The position numbers and the translations under genes are program-made. 36,715 nt of DNA, taken from assembly GCA_019648995.1 (NCBI GenBank), contig BLXT01007646.1:1862956-1899670 (forward strand). The letters run 5' to 3'. The notes under the pieces were generated by a model. That model did no database searches. It saw only the letters and a list, made by a program, of their open reading frames with translations, and had not been told where the DNA came from. Shown here one piece after another: positions 1-11,644 of the stretch (its first letter is position 1; every line of letters starts with the position of its first letter). The DNA is from Plakobranchus ocellatus (taxonomy: Eukaryota).

Positions 1-6
1 CATACA

Positions 7-38
<32 letters not shown>

Positions 39-61
39 CATACATACATACACACACACAC

Positions 62-127
<66 letters not shown>
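1..127. repeat. Compound microsatellite: (CATA)n, then (CA)n, then (CT)n, then (AT)n.
   Basis: Direct reading: catacata... repeats at 1-50, caca at 51-62, ctct at 63-92, atat at 91-127. Confidence 0.95.
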
Positions 128-131
<4 letters not shown>

Positions 132-1457
132 CATATTTTCTTTTTATTTTAGGGAGTATTTGAAGAAGCCAAGTTTTCTTCACCAAACTCACTCAAAGCT
201 TCTTCTCTTTTTATATTCATAACAAAACTATCAAATAGGATGTGTGAGGCTCTGATTATAAACTAAACTAATTAAGCTTCCTCAACTCATAATGTTGTGA
301 TTAGTCCTGTCTAAACATATAGTGCCCAGAAGTCTAAAAATGCATCTTCTTCATTGGTGTCTAAACAGTATTCGCAAGCACACCAAATTCATTGAAACAA
401 CCTGATTTTTGTTAATGTTGTAGGGATTTTGTTTGTTTTTGTTTTTCTTTTATTTATTTTTTGTTTTCTACTGTACTTTTTTTTTTCACTTCGTAAATAA
501 CTTAGATTTTGTGTTTTAGTGGTTGTCTCGCTCTAAGTTTTCTGATGTAGATCCAATGTTTCAATGTGGTTTAATAATATGTTCAAGTGATGGCGTTATG
601 TTAGCATTTACTCCTGGCCTAAGAATGAATGAGTCTGGGGGTGCACATCTTTGTGGATTGGCAGATAGATGGATCTACGATCTAGATCAGTACAAATATT
701 GTGTTGGCTACAGTGGAAATTTACTAAGCCCTAAGCTCTTTGTTCTCCAATTGAGGAAAAGGGGAGGAGGGATAAAGGGGAAATTACATGTGACTAACAC
801 TGAGTAGACCAAGACAGCCATTAAAGCTTAATTGTTCAAGAATTACTGCCCGCACCTCCCAACAAAGCCAGCTGGCCTCTGCCTCCCTTCTCCCCCCCTC
901 CCCAACACACATAATAGATGCACATATATTGTTTGGAAATGATGGGCATGCTTGATCACCACAGTTGCATTGCTTCAGTGCTAGAGAAAAAAAAAGAGCA
1001 AGACAGAGACTATGAAGTTTAGTCAAAGCCAGTCAACACGGCCTAGGGTAACACAATAGTTGTTGCTGATGTAATAAGTGTGAATAGATCTAGAACAAGG
1101 CCTGCCTCATGACTAGACTGGTGAGCCTTGCCCTCCCTCCCCTTCCCCCTAAACATATACACAAATATAAAATTTCCTCCTGTGGCACCATCCTGTAAAT
1201 GTAATAAAGCGCTGAAGAATGTAACACAAGGTGAATTGGACAGGCACACGCATACTGATTAGCATGTGTGCCGATAAATAACATTTTTATAGATTTGAGG
1301 TAGGAAAAGGTTCTTTAATGAGCGACGCGGAACAATAAAGGTTGACTTAAATAAAAATTGATTTATGCAGTGGCCCTTTACAATAAGTCTTCAAAGGGGG
1401 CCATTTCAAGTAAAAAGATTGAGTTAAGCAGTCTCAACATTACTGTCTTTTTCACAG

Positions 1458-1657
1458 CCAAATACAACAAAGAGAGCTCTGGCAAGAAAAAGAAGGCAAA
1501 AGAAAAAAAGGCTGAAGCAGCAAGCAAAATTGAAACAAAGGCAAGCAAACTGACAGGAATGGGAAGAAAGGCCTCAAAAAGAAACAATTTCTTTGACAGT
1601 GACTCAAGTGACTCTGATGAGGAAAGCAGTGCACAAAAGGGATTCCCATTAAGACAA
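1458..1657 (+). CDS. TEP1: TEP1 exon, TROVE-domain segment. It encodes AKYNKESSGKKKKAKEKK...DSDSSDSDEESSAQKGFPLRQ, basic then acidic and low-complexity. Enters in phase 1, leaves in phase 0.
   Basis: Acceptor tttttcacag at 1457. AKYNKESS aligns with human TEP1 AKYNPRKH in the TROVE region. Donor caa|gtattc at 1658. The phase is compatible with the next exon. Confidence 0.6.
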
Positions 1658-2563
1658 GTATTCAAATCATTCAAATTTTATTTTCTGTGAAAAAAATAAT
1701 GTTATAATTAATGCTCTACGGTATTTACAATTATAGATGATTTGAATTGGCAAAGAAAGTTTGATTTTTTTTTTATTTTATGAAGTATTGAAAGTAAAAG
1801 AAAAGAGCGATAATTAATAGGAGCTGCACATTTTCAAGGTTGAAAAATTAAAAGAAAGCTATGAAATGTATGTAATTTTTAAAGTTTTAAATCCATATAA
1901 TTTAATCTGTACACCTTACTCAGCAAAATTTAGAATAAGGAACGCTTGCAATTTCTTAAACAAAGATTGATATGTCTTAAGACCAGTCTTAATGAGACAG
2001 GTGTCTCATATGGAACTTTGGAAAAAAATGTGTTTGTTTTCTATGAGATTGTAATTCCAAAAAGGAATCATGTAGTTCTTTCCAGTTTTCGCCATTGCAA
2101 ACTTATGAAAAAAAGTTTTAGTCTGTTTGGATTCTTGAAAATGTTCAGAATGGGACTTTCAACTCATTCAGACTGGTGCAGGACATTTATACTTATTAGT
2201 TTTCCACATTGTTTGTTTAACTTTCCTCAGCTCTAGAAAATATTTACTTTTCATCCTATAACATGGAAGATTTTTTCATAAAGGAGAATAGTATTTCTGT
2301 ATTTTTTGTATCTTTGATAACTAATACATTGTTAATATTTCTTATCAGTAAAGTGTTTCAGTATTTATGAATTAAATCTGTAGTGCTAAGTACTTAAAAT
2401 ATATCACAGAAAGATAATAATAGCTTTTGCAAATGCCTTTAATCCTACTATATAGTTTGAAGAAGTTTGAAGATAGCTGTTGATAAAATTTGTTATTTGA
2501 TAAAGAATGAAAATGTGAAATAGCTCCAAAATTTGTATCATATGAATATCCTATCTCTTTCAG

Positions 2564-2697
2564 TTGAGCAGTGTCTCATATGATGAGAAAGTCAGTGAGG
2601 AAGTTTTAAAAAATCAAAGTTTCACAATCAAACAGCTTATCCGCAAGTTACACATCAAAGAACCAGTTCAATATGTCATGAGCATCATTGGCAAAAA
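2564..2697 (+). CDS. TEP1: TEP1 exon, TROVE: LSSVSYDEKVSEEVLKNQSFTIKQLIRKLHIKEPVQYVMSIIGKK.
   Basis: Acceptor ctctttcag, donor aa|gtaagg. Aligns with human FTLKKLVQRLHIHKPAQHVQALLGYRYP. Phase 0 in, phase 2 out. Confidence 0.85.
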
Positions 2698-3087
2698 GTA
2701 AGGCAAAAGGAAGTCAAGTACAATCAATTGAAACTTGACCATTTGTGTGGTGCCACAAAAAAAAAACTTTTTTCATTAGTTGATTATTAAAAGGTTTACT
2801 ATCATACATAAATGATAAAAGAGAATTTTTCACTTACTTGCCTTTTTGTTTCATTGTCAGATTTGATATCTTTCAAAATGAATAATGTGCTGTAGTTATC
2901 TAAAATCACTTTTGATTTTATCTTGACCTCAAAATACAAGTTTTAGTTAAGAAATACAAATTTCTAATATCACACAGTCGTGTAAAATGCACTGAGAAAA
3001 AAAATTGTATATCGTTCAGTTAAAGATTAGAAGCAGTGTTTTCATTTAAAAGGTTTTAATTTAATATACATGTTTTTTTTTTCTCAG

Positions 3088-3245
3088 ATACCCATTAACA
3101 TCAGAGGAGTTTTATCAGAAACGATTGCCTGGAATATTTGATGAAACTAAAGCAGGGAAGAGGATGAAACTGGCAGTGCCAGAAACATGGGAAACTCAAG
3201 TATCACTCAAAGGAAATAATGCAAAGACATGGGAAGACCTCATTG
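3088..3245 (+). CDS. TEP1: TEP1 exon, TROVE: YPLTSEEFYQKRLPGIFDETKAGKRMKLAVPETWETQVSLKGNNAKTWEDLI.
   Basis: Aligns with human GKRMKLSRPETWERELSLRGNKASVWEELI. Acceptor ttttctcag, donor g|gtatgg. Phase 2 in, phase 1 out. Confidence 0.9.
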
Positions 3246-3584
3246 GTATGGCAAATTCATTCCGTTTTGATTTGTTTAAGTTATCATATTGGGTTAAATA
3301 TTACTCAAGTACTTTTGACTCATTTAATGTATAGTGCGAATTCATTATTTTAGAGAAAATATTGGACTGTTTTATGTGTGATTTTTCTCTATGTTGTAAG
3401 TATTACATGCCTTTGTTCATTTAGAGTTTCCCTGAATTGTACAATATAGATATTGAGTTTAAAGTCTTGGCAGATGAGCACATTTTGAAAAAAAAAAAAA
3501 TTTAAATGTGGTGGTAGGCAAACATTTAGAGCATATCTCTTTGAATTAAATCAAGAGTCGAATTCAAATATTTCTCTTCTTTAG

Positions 3585-3694
3585 ATCACAAGAAGCTTCC
3601 TTTCATGGCAATGCTAAGGAACCTGCGAAATTTGATCAAGTCAGGGATCTCTATGAAGCACCACAATTCCATTCTACACAGACTTTGTGACCAG
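3585..3694 (+). CDS. TEP1: TEP1 exon, TROVE: DHKKLPFMAMLRNLRNLIKSGISMKHHNSILHRLCDQ.
   Basis: Aligns with human GKLPFMAMLRNLCNLLRVGISSRHHELILQRLQ. Acceptor tcttctttag, donor cag|gtaata. Confidence 0.9.
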
Positions 3695-4405
3695 GTAATA
3701 GACATGGTTAGAATTTTTTTTTTAGTACCCTCTCATAGGCAAACTAATCTTGATATATGCTAAAATGCTATGATTGCTACACACCACACTTTATTTTTAT
3801 CATGTGTTGAAAATCTCTAAATTTTCGGTGGGGGGGGGGCGGCAAAGACAAAAATATCTGGAGAGAGGCAATCAGTCACAGAAGTCATTTGTTTCCCAGG
3901 AAATAAGATGGTACTTTTTCGCAAATGAACAGTGCACAGGAAAAACGGGCAGTCACATATTATGCACATATTGTAATATGTTCGTGGGGTCTTATTTCTC
4001 AGTATCTAGTATCCCTTTAAAAATTATCGTTTGGACAAGAATTCAGGTAGAGCTACAAGTGCAAAGAGATGCTGATGTAATTAATAAAACTGTGAATACG
4101 ATGTAAAATTAAAAATTCCATTTAAAAGTATCTTTCTATAATTTTACCTGTTCTTCCCAAGTAATCTTCCAATGTGAAAAAAGATAAAAACAACCCATTT
4201 ACATGTGTAATCAAGAGAGCCATTAAATTAAAAACAGATTACTGTATATACTTCATCATTTTAAAAATGTTTTTCACATTTAACAAGTTTCTTGATTTTA
4301 TTATATGGTGCATATTTACACATGTTGAGCAGATGTATCTCAAAATGATCTTAATTTTTATGTAATTAATGTACAATTTTTTTTACTGTGTTTTTCTTAT
4401 TTCAG

Positions 4406-4496
4406 AGATCAGTGGTGAACAGCAAGCAGTTTCCTTTCAGATTTTTCTCCGCCTACGTTGCTCTTACTGAACTGGAGGAGTCCTATGAAAAAAATC
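4406..4496 (+). CDS. TEP1: TEP1 exon, TROVE: RSVVNSKQFPFRFFSAYVALTELEESYEKN. Ends in phase 1.
   Basis: Aligns with human SVIHSRQFPFRFLNAHDAIDALEAQ...NEKNR. Acceptor cttatttcag, donor c|gtaagt. Confidence 0.9.
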
Positions 4497-4630
4497 GTAA
4501 GTGTTCTGAAACATTTCTTCTGCTAATATTCTTATAATTCGAATTCAATTGAATTTTTTTTTCTGCATTTAAAATCTCCATTTGGTTTTCATAAAATAAG
4601 AGAGCCGTAGGTAACATAATATTCAAAGAG

Positions 4631-4797
4631 ACAGTTTACATGCCAAAGTTGAAGTGGCATTGCAGGTACATTTTTTCAGAAGATGTTTTTAAATGGTTGA
4701 CATACCACACTTTTTTAATGACAGTTTACATGCCAAAGTTGAAATGGCATTGCGGGTAAATTTTTTCAGAAGATATTTTTTAAATGGTTTCCAAAAA
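4631..4797. repeat. Tandem duplication, 2 copies with an exact 100-bp period, inside the intron.
   Basis: acagtttacatgccaaagttgaagtggcattgcaggtacattttttcagaagatgtttttaaatggtt occurs at 4631 and again at 4731 with a few substitutions. Confidence 0.9.
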
Positions 4798-6179
4798 TTA
4801 AAGAAAGTACTTACTAACTCCATATAATGCTGCTATACCAAATGACATGTAGTATTAGAATGCTTACCTACCAGTCAGCATTTTGCACAATCAGCATAAC
4901 AGGATCAGTAGCCCTTCAGCAGGATACTGCATTTCATTTAGCTCCACTCATATACTGCATTTTAATTGGCTATTGCATGATGGTGCATTTCAATGGGCAA
5001 CTGGAAAATGGTTTTCATTGGTTCTACCATTTAGAAAAGATTCAATGACTTGTAAATAAAATACAATCATTTTTCTTATATCCTGAATTTTAATAAAATG
5101 CAATAAAGTAAAGTTTCATAATTTTTTAAGCAAAACTGCACATCATTTGGCTATGGCAGTATGCAAACAAAATCTCCTATCAAAGGTAAAGGTGGAAGAA
5201 TTAATGTAGAGAAGAAGCTTAATCAATTTTTTGAAAATACATTAAAAAGTCTCAAGAGCATGCTCCTACTAAATAAAGCAATGGGCATTTTGCTAGCAAG
5301 GCATGATCAATGAATACTTCTAGGAGCTAACTCAATAAGCTGAAACAGAGTAAAACTGCAAGATCCAGAACAAATTCAAACAGAAGCTCAAAGAGCAGTT
5401 GTAAAAACAAAATATAATCACACAAGGCACAGTTCAAAACTACATAGGAATGACTCTGTAATGGAAAAAATAATCAGAAAAGGGAACAATTAGCGTATTG
5501 CAGATCCCTTTGGATAAGTTTCATTTTACATTTGTAGGAATAGATGCAATTAAGATATTAAGACACCTTTATTAATAGGCTTGTCAAAATTAAAGATCTA
5601 CATCAAGAACCTAACAGCTCACAATGCAAAAAAAAATTTTCAAAACAAATTGGATCTTTCTGCTATTTGAAGCGTGATTGACAGACATTGAGGACTGTAC
5701 AGAAACAAAGTGGAAATGCATCAAATAAAGTCAAGAAGCAGGCCCACGATGAAAAAGAGTTAGGAGGCATTGAGTGGTTCATGATGATGATGCTGTTAAT
5801 CACATTTTGACCCAATCATCTGCAAGAACTGGACACAAAAAATTTATGCATATTTTCTTTAAATAGATAATGCTTAATTAGAGATGCTGTGTTATGCATT
5901 TCATATTCATATTATCATTAATATTATTTGTCGCGTTACACCAGAAATAAAAGGTTGATAATACCTCTGATGTAGGACGTTGAGTTCTTTAGATCTATAT
6001 AGACCTAGCTGGATAAATAACGGAACTCTGGAGATTGTGTGAAGAGCTAAAAAAAAACTGAGTTTATTTAACTCAACAGCAGGAAATCAAATCAAACAAT
6101 ATTCACATAGGCCGTCGATAAGAAAACTAGATCTAGCTCTAAAAAATCTGCGTAATCGCTATACAATGATCTTACTGCA

Positions 6180-6310
6180 ATTTCTATAATCTCTGTGATC
6201 TCTAAAAACTCTGAGTACTCTCTCTATGAACTTTCTGCCTACTCTGTGTCTTCTCTGTGTGATCTCTGTGTTATACTGGTATATCTCTGTGTCTCAGTCT
6301 GTGTGTGATA
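6180..6310. repeat. Cryptic CTCTGTG-rich simple repeat.
   Basis: Repeated tctctgtgatctct / ctctgtgtctt / ctctgtgtgatctctgtg / ctctgtgtctcagtctgtgtgtg units. Confidence 0.7.
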
Positions 6311-6816
6311 CTTTCACCAATCTTCTCCCAGTATTTATACTTTTTTTCAAAGAAAACTCTACAAATTTCTGGAAATCTATCCCACAATGCAAACATAGAA
6401 TGTTCGAAAATGTAGATCTAGAATGTTACATCATAATCCTAAAATAACAAAAAAGCAGTCTTTAAAAAGACATTAGGGAAATCCATAGGCTAAAAATAGA
6501 ACATGAGTCATACTCGTTTACGTAATGAATTCTCTTTCGCTTTGCATAAATTAACTCCCCTTAACTGGTCCTTTCTAGAACTCTCGAGTTGGCGTGCGTT
6601 CAATAACAAAACCTAAGTCTAGTTTTTTTTGTTACATTATTACAATTACAATAGTTAAAGAAAAACATATTGCAAATCCATGAGATATTTAAATAACTAG
6701 CTGATTTGATGTAACAGAATTTCAATAAAAAATGTGGGTCATAAATGTCATGGATTTTCATTTAAAAGGTGTCTGATCAGATCATCTATTGATCAAGTTG
6801 ATTTTCTGGATTTTAG

Positions 6817-6972
6817 AAAGAGACATCATTGATGCGGCAGTGGCACAAGAACAAAGTGGAATAAGCATGGGAGGGAGAGGAAGAGGGAGAGGAGCCCCAG
6901 GTAGAGGAAGAGGAGCCCAAGGAAGAGGGAGAGGAGCAAGGGGTTCACTCCGTGGTTTGGGCATCAAAGGAG
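6817..6972 (+). CDS. TEP1: Candidate cassette exon encoding an RG/RGG box: (Q)RDIIDAAVAQEQSGISMGGRGRGRGAPGRGRGAQGRGRGARGSLRGLGIKG. It is 156 nt long, phase 1 in and phase 1 out.
   Basis: Acceptor has a good pyrimidine tract (ttgattttctggattttag) and the donor is ggag|gtaatg. Phase is compatible with the upstream exon (ends in phase 1) and the downstream exon (starts in phase 1). The GA-rich sequence is also open in a second frame and on the minus strand, so the ORF alone is weak evidence. Confidence 0.4.
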
Positions 6973-8410
6973 GTAATGTTTGAATATTATGCGTCTAACA
7001 AAAGGAAATCATATGTGTGCATATGAGTTTATACTGTGATTTTAAAAAAATATGTGAAACTGATGCTAATGGTCACATGTCTCTTCTTAGACTTTACAGA
7101 ATAGAGCATTTGAGAACGTTTTTTTTTCTTTCTTACTGCTTTTTTTTTGTTAAGTTAAAACTCCAGTATCCTGGCACAGCATCATTATATCTCTATCTAG
7201 TTTTCACCATTGCAATTCTTATTAAATACTCATTGGCTGTACCAATGATTTAAAATGTTAAAAATGCAACTTTTGAGTCATTTGGACTGGTCTTGAGACA
7301 TATATCATAGTAATCAGGCTTTAGCAATGTGAGTGTATTAATGTTGGTTTTGACCCAAAAAAAAAAAAAAAGATATCATTACCATTGAGACAACAAGCTC
7401 AGCTAGCTCTAAGCATCCAAGAGTCAAATATGTATTGGTGCAACTGGCAAAATTGCCATTTATTTTGACTGCAATAAATGTGCATGTAATTCTTCTAAAA
7501 GAGATAAAAAAAACCAACCATTTTTTTTTCATGTGATTAGGAAATTAAATTGTTTACAGTGCCATAAGTCACTTTACGCAGAGGTTCTGCTGAGTATTTT
7601 TTTTTTTCTTTACTGGACATGCCTTGCACTCTCATTGGGAAGAACTTTGTGAATTTTGTTTTTTGTGTCTAAGTTATTCCTGTTAAAGCTGAGGGACTGT
7701 CTCAATGGATAGAGCTATCTTTTATGTACCAGTAGAAGTTTGTTTCGTCATTTTCTGTAGTTTTTGAGTCAATTAGTTCTCACAAAAGACACCTGTTTCA
7801 CTTTACGTTTTCAGCCATAAAGGTACAGTTGTCTGAAAAATTCTGATTTTTTTCCATCCAAATTATCAAATAACCTTTGGGAGAGCTTTGAAGGTTTTTT
7901 TTTTATTGGGACTTAAAATAAACAAGCAGATTTTTCTGTAAAACATTGTGGTAACACCACATAAATTTTTAAAAATTCATTGAAGATTTATTTTTCCACA
8001 TAGAGATTGTTTTTGCAATGTTTACACCTTCTATTTATTTTTTGTGTATGCGAATTGGATTGGAATATAAAATTAGAACTCCTGCAGTGATTTTTTCAAA
8101 TGCACCCCGATTCATCTAGTCTCCACAGGTAGCGAAAATGTGACTTAGTACATAAAAAGAAAGATACCTTACTATGTGACAGCTGAAAGTCAGTTAATTT
8201 ATTTGTTTCATAACTTTTGGGTAACGAAAAATCTTGAACTGCAAGAGCATGATTAAGCAATGTACAGTTGTTATGAATGTTCAGACTGTATGATATTTTC
8301 GCACTATAAATTTGCATGAAGTTTTCTCAGGTAGATTTTTCTAAACATAGTAAACTCTGAAGTTCATTCAAGCTTAAAAATAGTTTTGGACCTCTCTCTT
8401 TGATACACAG

Positions 8411-8540
8411 GTGGTGTGCAGAAGGTGGCAAGTAGCAGCAATAGAAGAGGTTTTGGCAAACAATCCAAACAAAACACAGAGTCTCAGTGGTGGCTGTGGA
8501 AAAAGATGAAAAAAGAAGGCAAAAATGGCAATGAAATCAA
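8411..8540 (+). CDS. TEP1: TEP1 exon, basic linker: GVQKVASSSNRRGFGKQSKQNTESQWWLWKKMKKEGKNGNEIK.
   Basis: Acceptor tgatacacag, donor aa|gtaagt. SQWWLWKKMKKEG...EVSYDKNLIQRYRKALDTAV aligns with human KARQWKYDGEMLNRYRQALETAV across the junction with the next exon. Confidence 0.8.
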
Positions 8541-11463
8541 GTAAGTGATGAGCCATTAACTTTAGTTGCAAACCTTACAGACTTGTAAACACTGAAGTAA
8601 TTTTGAAAAAAGCAAAAAATATTGAGACCATGTTGTATGAGAAATATTTTGTCTGCCATTCTTTTCATGCTGCTTATTAGAACACAATCTGACAATGGGG
8701 CAGAAAACATACACATGAACAAAAAAGCAATTCCAGCAAACAACATGAGAGGATAGAATAATGCACACAGAGAGGATACTGTGCGTGGGCAACAATAGGT
8801 AAATGAAAAACATTCTCTAACCAAAACAATCAGAAGTAGAGGAAAGCTCACATAGGCAAACAGAAAAGATGTAAAATTGAGCAAGAAAAACAAAAAACCA
8901 TAGATATGGTTAAAGAAAGATAAAAAATTATTTTTATACTGTACTTTTTGTGGGATTAATCCCTGAACAGATGATAGATAAATCCAATATACAATTAAAT
9001 CACAAAAGCCGTCATTAAATATTCACAAGTTTCTTAAGGCCATGATAAAGTAAAAATGTGCTGAAATTGCCATCCACAGTCCGACACATGAAATCTGTGA
9101 ATCTCAAATCCAAGGTGCCAAAAAATACAGCCAGTCGAGTAGAAAATAATGTAGACTAAATTTAATTCCTTGCATTTAAGGTCTTAGTGAGATATTAGTT
9201 CCTTTAATCCCTCTATAGATAGTATGTTTGTCTCTTGACAATTTATTGGAAATATGGTCTTATGAACTCATGAGCAACACCTGACTCCTCCCAAGCTAAA
9301 TAGCTAGTATTTAATGAGAGTTTAGACAACATTGTAGAACTTCTCTTGTAAAAGCCGAAAAAAAAAAATTATGATAGGATCATTCAGATTTACACACAGT
9401 CTAAGTCACCAAGGGTATTGCTTGATGAGTTGAAAATTTTGGTGCTCAGAAAATAAAATAGTAGCGGTGTTTTGGGAAGGCTTCTTTTCTCCGACTACTC
9501 CCATGCTCTCGAAGTCTCGAGTGCTGCTTGACCACCTGTCCTTGCTTTTTCTCAGCCTGTTGTCTTATTTACATAATTGTTAGTTACAATCACACTCAGA
9601 ACCATAACTTCAAATCAAATTAAAAATTTTTTTTCTGTTAACCCCCAAGCATAAAAACTCATGCTTTGCACAACTTAGTTATTATTGAAACTCAATGCTT
9701 TGAAACAGAGTAAATTTTATATATGCTAAGCACAATTTGGACAGTTGCCAATGTATACTTAATGTAGAAAAACGCTCAATGCATATAATCCTAACCTTAG
9801 ATAACCCCTTAGTCAACGGTAACATTGATAGTATGGTTGCAATATTTAGAGAAGACTGAACCCTTTTTTATGTCAACGGATTTGAAATTGAAATTTTTTT
9901 CCTTCAGAAGTAAGGAATTGGCGGTTCTTAATAACAAGTATTGACACCAAAACAAATGTGTCATCTCTGAAAATTTAGTGAACAGAATGAATCTTCAAAA
10001 TTTACATTAATATTTCATACCATTTCTGCTGAAATCCTGAAATATATAAAAAGTTTTTATTCAAAGAAACAATGGAATGAATTACAACTTGGGACTAATC
10101 ATCTACATATAAAGTATATCTGATGTATTTTGTACATAATTGTTACCTTTCACCTCACTCAATAATTCCCAAGAACTGGTATGCATGCCATGAGAGTTAG
10201 AAGAGGATTTACCAGGTGTTATGAGAGCACTTTTAGGACCATTAACTATCACTCAAACCACATAGCAACAATCAGACATATTTAAATCCTGCGATGGGTT
10301 TTTTTTTTTAATATGTAAGGGAAAGGGGAGAAGGGAAGGTGTGGTTTCAGGGTCATAATTTTAGCAACCAGCTTTCCTTGCAGTTTTGGTCTTTGATTGG
10401 GCTCTCTTTTCAATTTTTATGTAACTCAAATCGTCAGATGTATAGATTGATTTGAGATTCTGTTGTGATTTTCTGAACTTCCAAGTTGTATTCAATCATC
10501 AAAAGGATGGGAGCTATTGACCACTAGCTAATGTTATTTGTCAGCATCAAGGAGATCTTGGTTAGTGATCTGTGGCTCCCATGCATTTAGTAATTGAGTA
10601 CCATTTTGAAGTTCTGTTAAGCCATGGCGGAACCCATTTACTTTTTCTGAAACTTCAGAATGAAGGAATTTTGCTTCTCAGTCTTGTCAAGGCAAATTGT
10701 CCTTGTTGAGTGTCAAAGACATTAGTGAACTTTTCTGTTAACCCTTCCACTTATCAAGTCAGCAACACATCTAATCTTTTCCAAAGCGTAATTCTTAAAT
10801 AATTGAAATCTTGTCTTAAGACACCATAATATCAGTTTCATAACTTTTAGTATATAAGTATCTCTGGTGTTGCTAAATTTAATTCAATTATTTGCAATGT
10901 ATAAAAGCTCAAGATTTAGCCTTAACATTGTCTTATCTGAACAAGTATGGAATAATTTACCCAGTAGACTTTATTGGGCAGTTTTTTCCTACCTGAAGTA
11001 AGTAAATGAGTTATAGATCAAACATTTAAGTAGTTTGACCAGGCAGCAGATGAAAAGTGCAAACATCAATACACAAGTTCAGCAAAATTTTTAAAATGTA
11101 CTTTGTACTTCAGAACAGGCCTGATGCACGCCTTTTTTCTTTTCAAAGATTAGAAAGTTTTATGCCTCTTTAACCCTCTCAAAAGTTCTTGATAGCCGTT
11201 ATAGAAAGAGGGTATGAGCATACTTCTATTTAAACCAAAATATATTTATATTTAGGTATTTTTTTTCTAACCATATAGATAACATTGATGAAAGAGACTC
11301 AAAACTGGACAAAAACTGTTTTTTTGTTGTTTTTTTTTAATATTTTGTTGAGGGAACGGTAGTTTCTCATGTAAATTTTGCAATAATACTCATATCTTAA
11401 AAATTCTATTTTCAAAGGCTTTTTTAGATTTTTCAATTTATTTCTGTTGTATTTACTTTTCAG

Positions 11464-11644
11464 GGAAGTTTCCTATGATAAAAACTTAATCCAACGCTAT
11501 CGGAAAGCCCTTGATACAGCTGTGAAAATAGCAACAGTACATAATGTTCAGCCCATCAAAGGCAGGACAATTTTGCTCTGTGACATTGGACGTACCATGG
11601 ACAGGCCTTGTTCTAGTGCTAGAGGGCTTGGAAAACCTAGAACT
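11464..11644 (+). CDS. TEP1: TEP1 exon, start of the vWA-like part of TROVE: (K)EVSYDKNLIQRYRKALDTAVKIATVHNVQPIKGRTILLCDIGRTMDRPCSSARGLGKPRT. The 3' end could alternatively be 11650.
   Basis: Aligns with human DGEMLNRYRQALETAVNLSVKHSLPLLPGRTVLVYLTDANADRLCPKSNPQGPP. Acceptor tttacttttcag. The phase-0 donor is gtaggt at 11645 or gtaata at 11651. Confidence 0.85.

Noticed and set aside
150-236. Possible exon GVFEEAKFSSPNSLKASSLFIFITKLSNR, with acceptor tttattttag and donor gat|gtgtgag
   Set aside because: Its translation does not align with TEP1 upstream of AKYN. The sequence is low-complexity and unsupported.
523-807. 94-aa plus-strand ORF (MSRSKFSDVDPMFQCGL...)
   Set aside because: It has no resemblance to the expected upstream TROVE sequence (…DKFAQFDEYQL) and no convincing splice-site context. 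I treat it as a chance ORF. The upstream TEP1 exons probably lie beyond the window start.
5771-5800. tgatgatgatgc, which resembles a C box (RUGAUGA) of a C/D snoRNA, inside an intron
   Set aside because: I could find no downstream D box (CUGA) with a complementary terminal stem at an appropriate distance. It is probably a trinucleotide run.
6781-6816. Alternative upstream acceptor (gatcag at 6780) for the RGG exon, giving EKN-HHLLIKLIFWILE...
   Set aside because: It is also phase-compatible, but its polypyrimidine tract (aaaaggtgtctgatcag) is poor compared with the tract before 6817. It is kept as an alternative only.
6782-6967. Minus-strand ORF (PLPLPWAPLPLPGAPLPLPLPP) and minus-strand ORF 13376-13690 ((RE)n)
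   Set aside because: These are antisense translations of the GA-rich RGG exon and the (CT)n microsatellite. They are low-complexity artefacts.
8537-8893. 118-aa and 83-aa minus-strand ORFs in intron 7
   Set aside because: They are hydrophobic, low-complexity translations of an A-rich intron. They have no start context and no homology.
9470-9560. Locally GC/CpG-richer patch (ccgactactcccatgctctcgaagtctcgagtgctgcttgacc)
   Set aside because: It is short, with no ORF and no recognisable RNA-gene signature (no tRNA A/B boxes or T-loop).
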